Part shown: positions 18,489 to 27,913 of the stretch, piece by piece
Numbering within the stretch: the stretch's first letter is position 1
Layout of the letters: each line of letters begins with the position of its first letter
From: Candidatus Acutalibacter ornithocaccae
GTDB lineage: Bacteria; Bacillota; Clostridia; Oscillospirales; Acutalibacteraceae
Assembly (NCBI GenBank): GCA_019118965.1
Contig: DWXZ01000130.1
Coordinates: forward strand, 1 to 46,905
Length of the DNA: 46,905 nt
Reading direction: 5' to 3'
Made by a program: the position numbers and the translations under genes
Notes under the pieces: generated by a model
The model's database searches: none
What the model saw: only the letters and a program-made list of their open reading frames with translations
What the model was told of the DNA's origin: nothing

Positions 18489-21305
18489 TTATCCCTCTTG
18501 GGCGAAGCCCTTGTCAAAGTTCATCAGGATGCTGGCCGCCTGGGCGCGGATGGTGCTGCCCTTGGGGTCCAGCCGGCCGTCGTCGTGGCCGTTGATAAGC
18601 CCGTTGCCATTGGCCCAGCCCAGGGCGGTTTCCGCCCAAGAGCTGACCTGGCCGGCGTCGGGGAACTTGCCCAGGTCCGCGGAAGCGGAGAGGTCGTACC
18701 CCTTGCACTTGGCGTAGTTGTACAGGATTTGCGCGAACTCCTCCCGGGTGACGGCGCGGGTGGGACGGAAGGTGCCGTCCTCGTAGCCTGCCACCACATC
18801 GTTGGCGGAGGCCCAGGCCACGGCCTTGGCGTACCACTGGCCATCCCGGATGTCGCTGAAGCCGGAGTCCCCGGAAACCTGGGGCTGGCCCTCCAGGTTG
18901 TACAGCATCTGCACCACCTGGGCGCGGTTTACGGTGGTGTTGGGCTCAAAGGTGGTTTCGCTCATACCCACCATAATGCCCTGCTGGTACACATAGGCCA
19001 CGGCGTCGTAATACCACTTGTCCTCGGTGACGTCCACAAAGGGCCAGTCCTCGGGGATAAAGGTCACATCCACGGTGACGCCGCCGCTGGGCATGGTGAA
19101 GATGTACTTGCCGTTGCCCTGGCCGGTGACAGGCACGGTGGAGCCGTTGGGCCGCTTTACAGTGACGCTGCCCACCTTGTAGCCCTCGTCGGGGGTGACG
19201 GTGATGGTCACGGTCTGGCCGCTGGAAGCCCGGCTGGGGCTGACGCTGACGGTGCCGTGGTCTTCCTCCGGCACGGTGATGGGGTACCGGGTGGAGCCAC
19301 CGCCGCCGGTGCCGCCGCCTGTGGAGGGACGGGTGATTTCCACGCGGTAGGTGTGGGTCTTGTCCCCGGAGGTGACAACAATGTCCAAGGTGGCGGTGCC
19401 CACCGGCAGGCTGAAGGTGCGGCTGGCGATGTCGTTTACATCGTAGGGGTTGCCGTTTACTGTCACGGTGGCGGGCAGGTACTCCTGGAGCACCGTCAAG
19501 GTGGTTTCGGTCAGGGAGGCGCCGGCGGTCACCTGAAAGGTGGTGGTGCCCTCTGCCTCTACCCCATCCTCCATGCGCAGGGGGATTTGGGACAGGGCAA
19601 TCTCCGTAAGGCCCGTGCTGGCTTCTGTCTGGCTCTCCCCAAAGCGGTAGGCCACGCCAGCGCCCTTCTGGTTGAATGTGATGGGCTGCACTGTCGCGAC
19701 GCTTTCCCCGTCCAGCTGAATCAGGCCGGTGGGGGTGCCGTTCTCCAGGGTGTAGGTCTGCTGGGAGGCAATCACGTTGCCGCTTTCGTCCAGCAGGTCC
19801 ACAATCAGGTAGCCGCTGGTCTTTTGCTGGATGGAGTTGTTCTGGAGGGTGGGGACCACGGTGGTGCTGTCCGCCCCATAGGTGACTTGGCTGGAAACCG
19901 TGACCTGCTCGCCGTCGCTGAGCTCAAGCAAGCTCTGGAGGTTGCAGCTTTTCACGTTGTTGGTGGTGAACAGCTCGGCCACCTGGTTGTCGGAATCTTC
20001 CACCCAGGCCTTGAGGTACACGGCAATGCCGCCGCTGCGGATTTCGCCGTTTTCCATGTAGTTTTCTGGGTCAGATTGGGCATAGGCTGCCAGGTCCATG
20101 GTGATTTGCCCAGCATAGGCGCCCTGGTCAATGGCGGCCAGGTCCGTTGTGGAGTTGATGGTGAACTCCGCCCCATTGGCGCGGGTACCGGTGCTCACAG
20201 CGGAGAAGCTGGCGTATTGGCTTTCGATGGCCATGGTGCACTCGGGGTCGCTGAACAGGCCCACCTTCACCGTCCGGCCGGAGTTTTCCAGCTGGGCGGC
20301 GCTGTTGTTGTACAGGGAGAACCGCAGCACCCGCTTGCCGTCCTCCTGCTGGACTGTCTCAAAGGTGGAGACGCCCAGGTTGGGGACGTTGAGGTTGATA
20401 GTGCCGGTGCTGGCCGCAGCCCTGGCGGTGGTACCGCTGCCAAAGGTGGCTGTGACGGTGTAGTCAGGGTTGGCCAGGACACCGTTGCCCGCTGCCGTTT
20501 CCACCACGGTGTAATTTGTGGTGACGGTGGCGCTTTCGCCGGGTTGGATGGTCACATGGGCCTGCTGGCTTTCGCTGCCCACCTGGAAGTCAATGCTGGT
20601 GATGGGCTGGGTGCCCAGGTTGGTGACGGTGGTCTGCACAGGGACAGAGGCGCCCACGGCCAGGGCCTGGTAATCGGGGACAGGCACTTCCGCGGCGATG
20701 GCGTCGGTGTAGCTGCCGGTGACGGAAACCAGGTTGGTCTGGCTGTTCTGGATGGCCACTTCTGTCAGTTCTCCTGAGGAGGTGCCGTCATCCTCCACGC
20801 CGGGAACCAGCTCGATGTGGTAGGTGTTCCCCTCCTTGTCTGACACGCCGTACTCGGTGCTGAGGGCCACCGCTTTCAGGGAGCCGTCGCTCTGCACCCA
20901 GCCGTCGAAAGCCTCGATGGTCTTGGAGGTGGTTTCCTGCTCCTCTAGGGCGGCCAGCTGGATGGGGGCGGTCAAACCGATGGTGCCGTTGTCCACGCGG
21001 AAGCGCACGCCCATGAGCACGTCGGAATCGGCTGTGCCCAGGTTGTTTTCGGGCGTAGTGCTTTCCTCATCCACCTCCATGGTGGGCTGGCTCCACAAAA
21101 TGGAGAGCTCACTTAACGTATCGGCGCCCTTGGCAAACCGGAAGTTGCTGGTGATGGAGGAGCCCGTCTGGCTGCTGATGGCGGAAATGCTGTCCACCAA
21201 GTCGCCGCGCAGGGTGCCGTCCTCTGTAAAGGCCATCAGGCGGATGTCGTTGTTCTCCTCGCCATCGGCGCTGTGGACGCTGTGCCAGCCCAGGATGAAG
21301 CTTTC
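18489..21305 (-). pseudogene. C-terminal fragment of a giant SLH surface protein (Ig/CARDB-like, cadherin-like and B-repeat-like domains, three SLH domains)
   Basis: Sensible frame begins ESFILGWHS at about 21305; three SLH repeats (PFVDVTEDKWYYDAV..., FSDIRDGQWYAKAV..., FPDAGQVSSWAETAL...); no signal peptide of its own. Confidence 0.75.
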
Positions 21306-23217
21306 CTTTCCAAGGTGGCGGTGGAGGGGGCGCCGTACAGGGCCACACCGGTGGAGGAATCCGCAGCCAGGAGCTCCGGCTGCTGGGAGGCTGTCAGGCT
21401 GGCCTGCTGGGTTTCTCCGGGGGTGATGATTTCGTACTCGTTGCCGGAGTTGCCCTGCTGCACCTCTTCCCAATACTTCTCGATGGCGTCCCAGTTGTTG
21501 TCCTGGATGCTGGGAATCTGTATTTTCTGGGACCACAGCACCCGCTCGTAGGCGATGAATAGGAACTTGATGAGGAACTCAATGCCCACCTCGCCCAGAA
21601 AGTCGATTTTGTAGCCCACTTTGGCCTGGGCCTCGCCAATGGCGTTGAGGAAGCGCACCGCCCCTTGGAAGCTGAGCTGGCCGAACAGGCCAATCTTCAT
21701 GGCCAGGATAGCGTAGTCAAAGCCGATGCCGCCAAAGGCCCGGATAAAGGCGTTGAGCTGCACCTGGGTGAGGTAGTCGTTGGCCATCTGGGTGCGGTCC
21801 ACCGCGGCGGCGAACTGCACGTCCAAGGCCACGCCAAAGGCCAGCTGGGCCGTGACGGGCACAGGGCCGCAGAAGAAGTTGAAGTTCCAGCTCATGCCGA
21901 AACCGCCGCCCACATTGAGCTGGCCGGTGACCACCACCATCTTCCAGGCGCCGGCGTCGTAATCGTAGTAGATTTCCGTCTCAAAACCGCCCTTGAGCAT
22001 GTAGGAGATGTTGTTCTCTCTGTTCCGGGTGGTGGCGTGGTTCTTCAGCAGCTTCTGGGCGTTTTCCGTGCGGTTTTTCGCGTCGGTGGCCCAGCCGGAA
22101 GCGCCCATGGAGGCGATGTTCTTCAAGTCGGCAAAGCCAGGCATATAGTCCAAGTCATCTTTTTGAGAGGTATCCGGGTCGATGCCCGTGACGTTGTCGT
22201 CAATCATGTTGTTGATGCCCGCCAGGAAGATGCCCCGGAACACAGTGGGGTCGGCGGTGGGGACAATCTTCATGGTGAGCATGTCCATGTCAGTGCCGAT
22301 GTTGTAGGTGGTGGCCAGGGCAATGCCCGTGCTCACCAGGGCGTTGGCAACGTCGATGCGGCCCTCGCCGTTGGAGGTGGATTTCAAAGCGGTCTCCCGC
22401 ATGAGGCGCAGCATGTTGTCCTCGTCCGCGGCATCCCCGGCGCCCAGCATGTTGATGATGCGGAACCCGGGGTCCTCCCGCTTGACCTGTTGGCCCTGGC
22501 TGTCGGTGTAGACCATGTTCAGGCCCGCGCCCTCCAAGGTGTCCAGCCAGCCGCTCATGGTGTCCTTGTTCAGCTGCCAGCTGTGAATGGTGACAGGCAT
22601 GGTGGTGAAGGGGTAGTTCAGGATTTGGCAGTTCTGGTTCTTGGGGGTGATGCCGAACTGGTCCTCGAAGCGCAGGGACATGCCGCTTTCGGATTTCTCC
22701 TGGCCCCACCACAGCGTGAGAGTTTCCAGCTCCAGATTGGAATAGGTGTCCCCGGGGCCCAGCTTGCCCTTGCGGCCCTTGACGTCGTCGGAGTAGCCGT
22801 ACTTGTTCTCGCCGTAGTAGAGCGTCTGCACTGCGGCAAAGGGCTCTTTGACAATCTCATTGATCTCGCTATCCACGGGGGCTTCTTCCAAGGTGATGAT
22901 GCGCTCGCCGGTAGCGATGGCGTCCTCCTCATTGATATTGCCGTTGACCCGCACCAGCAAGGGGTAGTAGCCCTCCGCCTCCATCTGGAACACAAACTGC
23001 AAATTGTCCGAGGCGTCCACAGGGTCGGTACTCACATTCCGGCCCTCGGTGGAGAACTGGGTCATGTCGAACACAAAGGTGTGGGCGCCGTGGTCCTGCG
23101 CCAGGTTCACTGTATACCCTTCCTTGCCGTCGTAGCCCTGGCCGTCGTCGGTATCCAGCCTGGCACCGGGGGCGTAGGCGTCGTTGAGGTACACGCCGCC
23201 GTGGACGGTGACCTGCC
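21306..23217 (-). pseudogene. Middle fragment of the giant SLH surface protein (ORF track 21236..23194)
   Basis: Frame GQVTVHGGVYLND...TATLE with no RBS or signal peptide; out of frame by 2 nt (mod 3) with both neighbours. Confidence 0.7.
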
Positions 23218-26200
23218 CTAGTAGGGCTGGCCATTGGCGTAGGGAATCATGCTCGCGGGTATCAAGGCGGAGGACTTTACATCCTCCATGCTGCTGACCA
23301 CAGGGTCCAGCGCCTCGCCCTGGGCGTCCTCGATGGGCCCACCTGCGCTCTCGTCGAAATCGCCGGCGTTATACAGCGTGAGGGTAAAGGTGGTTTCCAC
23401 GCTGTCGGGTTCTTCCATCCCGGCGGCGTTATCCCGGTTCTTCTCAGTGAGGTTGCTGGACCACAGCACGGTGGCGGGCTGGCCGCCCCGGACCGTTGTG
23501 GTGCGCAGGGACTCCGGCATCGTTAAGAAGGGAGAGTTGCCCACGCCCACCAGAATCTCGGGGGTTGCATAGGTGTAGGCGTAGGTGGTTGCCTCCTGGG
23601 GCGGGTCGGCGGGGGCCTTTTCCACGTTGCCGTTGAGGGCGGTCAACGTAAAGGACACCGCGCCGTTGGTCAGGATGGTGATTTCGCCCTCCTCGTTGAT
23701 GGTGGCCACCTGGGGGTTGCTGGACTCCCAGAGGAAGTGAGCGTCTTCATCCACCAGCTTCCCTTCGGAGTCGCGGATGGTGACCTTCGAGGTGTCCTTC
23801 CAGGTGGCGCTTTGGTCCACCACGGTGAAGGACAGTGTGAAGGGGGCGGTCAGCTGGTCGCCAAAGACGCGCTGGCCATCTTCCGGCCAATCGGCGGGAG
23901 TGGTAAAGGTTACGTCGCCCTCCCCCAGGAACATGGCCTGCTGGGCCACAAACGACGTGTAAATGCCGAAGAAGGGCACGGGCTTGGCGTCCTCCCCTTC
24001 CCCGCTGGTGATGGGGTTGCCGTCTTGCAGCTCGAAGAACTCCACCACGTGGGTGACGCTCTCCTCCGTGCTGACGGGGAAATCCAGCTTGCCCACCATC
24101 TGGCCGCCGTCGGGCGCGATGTACAGGGGGATGATGGTCTCGCCGCCGTCCGTGGAGGCGCCCAGCACCGTGCTGCAGGCATACTCGGCGTAGACCCCTT
24201 CCAGCTTGTCGTTGGGGTCGGTAGTGCCCGCTTGGGTCAGCCAGGAGCGGACATCCTCGTCTTCGTGCAAGGTCACGGTCAGGGTGCCGGTGGTCACGCC
24301 GGGGGCGTAGGCGCCGTTTTCCGCGTCGGTGGTGACGGAAGTGAGAGCGGCCCAGTGGGGGATGTTCGTGTCAATCACATCCACCACCGTGCGGTTTAAA
24401 TTGACCGCAGTCCCAGAATTGCCAGAAACATCTGTAAAGCTAGACAGATTGCCAATTTTCAAGCTGGAACTTTCTGCCGCCTGCACCTCGTAGAGGAATG
24501 TCACGGTACGAGTAATAGTGCCTGCGCTTTCCTGCACTTTGCAGGATTTGTCATTGATAACTAGAGTTTCGTTTCCAGATACCTTCACTGCCTCCGCAAA
24601 CGTTGCTGTAACCGGGACTACATCCTGCGCGGTATAAAGGCTATCCGTGTCCACTGTAACCGACTCCACTTCGGGAGGCAGTTTGTCGTAAAAATACATG
24701 GTCGCAGAAGCAGAGATACTACCTAAATCGCTATATGAGTGGAATCCATTATGGTTCATGGAAGGATAGGCGATTATCCAGTTTGCTGCTTCTATCTCAC
24801 CGTCAGCGATTGTTTGAGCAATCTCACTTCTCTGGCTTAAATCCTGCGGTAAATCCCAGGTCAGTTCTCCCGAAAGCGAGGTGTTCTTGTTCGAACCAGA
24901 CAGGAACTTAAAGCCACTTACCTTGCTCTCCCAAGCTTTAAAATCGTTAACATCCGTTAATTCAGCATTTTGCAAATCGTATCCTACATGGCTGGAAGCT
25001 TGTATTACGCCATTCATTCTAATAGCGTGATATTGTTCAGTAGCCGCTCGCGACTCGGCATCTACACCTGTATCGATGTAATAAACTGTATCCGGACGCA
25101 TAAGAGTTTCTCTATTATCGCCCACGGATATACCCAGTGTGGGTACCCTCCAGCTCATCTTTGCCTGTGTAACAGAGTGTTTTAGAAAGTATTTTTCATC
25201 GTCATGGTACACTTCAAAAGAATATTCGCCGGGAATTTTCGTCCAGACATCTACATCGGACCCGGAATCATAAGCGTAGGTGTCTACACTCGTTAAAAAC
25301 GAATCCGCCGAAATGCTCGTGTCCTGAATGCGCACCGCCTGGGTAAGGGAGTGCGTATCGCCCGCAAAGAGCGCCCCCGTGATGTTATTGGCCTGGAGGT
25401 AGAACACCTTATCCCCCGACCAGAGGTTGTCGTTGGTCCAGGTGTTATCTTCCTTTAAAAGGGAAATCTCCACCGTGGTGCTTGTCTCCCCGATGGGGAT
25501 GGTGACGGTCTTCTCCACTGCTGTATAGTTTGTGCCCTTTACAGCGCTGCCGTCCAGCGTACGCACCTGGAAGGTGACGTCAGCCTTTGCCGCGGCCGCC
25601 AGGGAGAAGGTGGCCGTCAGGGTGGCGGCGCTGTTGGGAACGGTGACGCTGCCGTCTGTGTTGGCGGTGACGCCGGTACCGCTAAGCTGCACGCTGACCC
25701 GGGCGCCGTGGTCCACACCGGAGGGGAAGGTCAGGGCGCCGGGATTATACAGGGTGATGCCCTGAGTCTCCAGCTGGTTTGCCAGGGATTCCAGCGCGGC
25801 CTGCTGTTCCTCGGTGAGGTCGGGGGTCTCGCCGCTGAAATAGGTTTCCCGCACGCGGTCGATTTCCGCCTCGATGGCCATCATGGTGGCCAGGTTTTCC
25901 AAGGTGACCTGGGTGCCGTCCACCTCGACCATCTTGTCAAGGCCTTCCTCTTTACAGGTTTCCAGATAGTCGCGCACCTGGTCCAGGGTCATCTCCTGGC
26001 CGTCCAAGGTGACGGTTCTGGTCTGCAGCAGGTTGCCGTTTTCGTCCACCAGGCCCAAGTCCCGCATAGTGGCCAGGGCGGCGGCAGCTTCGCTTTCGCC
26101 GCCGGTGAGAGCCTCTAACTGCTGGAGCAGCTGGGCGTTTTCCTGGGCGCTGTTGCCCTTGGTAACGTCCACCGCGGCCAAGGCCTGCAGGGGCAGGCTT

Positions 26201-26262
26201 GTCACCAGCAGGCAGGCGCACAGCAACGCGGCCAGCAGCCGTTTCGTCATCCGATATTTCAT
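23218..26262 (-). pseudogene. N-terminal fragment of the giant SLH surface protein (signal peptide, Calx-beta-like, variable domain, Big_2-like)
   Basis: RBS AAGGAGG; signal MKYRMTKRLLAALLCACLLVTSLPLQALA; VTFQVRTLDGSAVKGTNY (Calx-beta-like); WESSNPQVATINEEG (Big_2-like); ends abruptly at TAG. Confidence 0.75.
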
Positions 26263-26349
26263 GCCTCATTTCCTCCTTCGCAAAGAAACGAACTATCGCG
26301 CTGCGAACCCCACAGCGGTGGGGCGGTGTTATAGGTTCCTCCGCTTACC

Positions 26350-26411
26350 ATTATAGCAAGTTTTTCTCACCCCGAGTGTGTCGTTTAGGCGTCTGGTTTG
26401 ACCGTTTACGC
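26350..26411 (-). promoter_or_regulatory. Activator-dependent promoter of the SLH gene with LytTR-type direct repeats
   Basis: Minus-strand GCGTAAACG (26403-26411) and GCCTAAACG (26382-26390), 21 bp period; TGcTATAAT at 26350-26358; no consensus -35. Confidence 0.6.
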
Positions 26412-26430
26412 AGTTTCATGCCTTCCAGGC

Positions 26431-26459
26431 TTGCTTGAAAGGGATGTTTCTTGTACAAT
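26431..26459 (+). promoter_or_regulatory. Promoter of the histidine kinase gene
   Basis: TTGCTT-17 bp-TACAAT. Confidence 0.55.
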
Positions 26460-26488
26460 GGGTTCAAGAGGAAGGAGGTGCTTTCACC

Positions 26489-27859
26489 ATGAAACGATGG
26501 GCAGGATTTGGCTGTGTGCTGGCCTTTCTGCTGCTGTGCGGCGGGGCTTGGCTTTTCCTGCAGCCCTTTACGTCCACAGGCGGGGAGGCCCTCCCCTATG
26601 TGGACTGGGAAACCACCGTCTGGGTGGACGGGGACGGCGCCGAGCACCCCCTTGACCCCATGGAGGGCCAGCCGGAGCTGCCGGAGGGGGCGTTTTTCCG
26701 CTTCGCCCTGACGCTGCCCCAGCGGGAGGACGATTACGCCTTGGTATTTGAAACAGGCAACATGGATTTCACCTTGTCCCTGGACGGGGAGACCTTTTTC
26801 AGCACCCAGTCCCTGGAGCTGCCGGAGGCCTTAAACCAAAGCCGGGTGAACATCTCCCTGCCCACAGGGGGCGGGGAGCGCCTGGTGATGGAGATGACGC
26901 CCCTGGGGCAGATTGAGATTTTCCCGCCCCTGCCCCGGCTGGCCTCTGACGCACTGGAAACCGCCGGCCAGATGGCCTACGCCAACCACTATGCCATCCC
27001 CGCCGGCGCCACCACGTTGGCCACCTTGCTGCTGTGAGGGCTGTTCCTGGTGGGGGCGTATCAAGGCAGGCCCCCTTGGAAGCTGCTCTTATTGGTCTTT
27101 GCCGCCGGGGAACTGACCTTCTACTCCCTGGCCCTTGGCTTTGGCAGCTACTTCCTGTCCCAGGAGCTGCTGCCCTTCCTGAGCTGGCGGGGCTGGCCCC
27201 TTTTGGGGATTGCCGCCATGGCGGCGTACCTGCTCCTCCACCGGGAGAAAAGCTTCTGGAAAGCTTTAGGCCTTGCCACCCTGTGCAGCGTGGGGCTGTT
27301 CCTGGCGTGCTGGGGCATATCCTGGAGCCAGAACGGCTACCTGGCCCGGTATGTGGCCTCTATGGCGCTGGAAATCGCCTCTGGCTACTGGGACAGGCTG
27401 TTCTATTGGCTCTCCCTGTGGCTGGTGATTGTGTGCACGGTGCTCTCCTCCTGGGAGGTGGTGCGGACCATCCTGCAAACCTGGGTGAAGAACCGCTCCC
27501 TGGAGCTGAAAGACCAGCTGGTGATGGAGAACTACCGCTCTTTGGAGGAGCGCCTGCGGGAGGAGGCGGCTGTGCGCCACGAGTCCTCCCACCGGCTGGC
27601 GGCCTTGGAGGCCATGCTCCAAGAGGAGGATTTGGAGGGCCTGCGGGAAAACCTGGCCCAGTGGAAAACCCAGAACAGCCAGACCGTGCCCCGCTACACC
27701 GCCAACTTCGCGGTGAACTCCATTTTGCAGGACACCGCCAGCAAGGCCAAGGCAGCGGGCATCGCCTTTACGGCGGAGGCGCAAATCCCGGAGAAGCTGC
27801 CTCTCTCCCACTATAGTACAAGGAAAAGGAAAATTCAACTGCCGCTTTCCCGAAAGTAA
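26489..27859 (+). pseudogene. Membrane sensor histidine kinase (AgrC/VirS-like GHKL type), with a nonsense codon and 3' truncation
   Basis: RBS AAGGAGG; ORFs 26435..27037 and 27050..27859 are in one frame, split by a single TGA (LL*GLFL); TM helices; H-box RHESSHRL; YTANFAVNSIL; homology stops at IPEKLPLS (about 27808) before the N-box. Confidence 0.8.
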
Positions 27860-27863
27860 ACGC

Positions 27864-27892
27864 AAAAGGGCCGCCGCGCAAGGCGGCAGCCC
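27864..27892 (-). terminator. Terminator after the GH2 gene; copy 2 of the 29 bp repeat
   Basis: AAAAGGGCCGCCGCGCAAGGCGGCAGCCC, 28/29 identical to 18442-18470. Confidence 0.7.
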
Positions 27893-27913
27893 CAAAGCTA
27901 TTTTCGACGTGCT

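Noticed and set aside
18489-26262. Programmed frameshifting or a diversity-generating retroelement acting on the SLH gene
   Set aside because: No slippery heptamer at either junction, and no reverse transcriptase or TR/VR repeat pair is visible
27035-27037. In-frame TGA as selenocysteine or programmed read-through
   Set aside because: It lies in a TM helix where TGG (Trp) fits, no SECIS-like context is evident, and the gene is also truncated downstream
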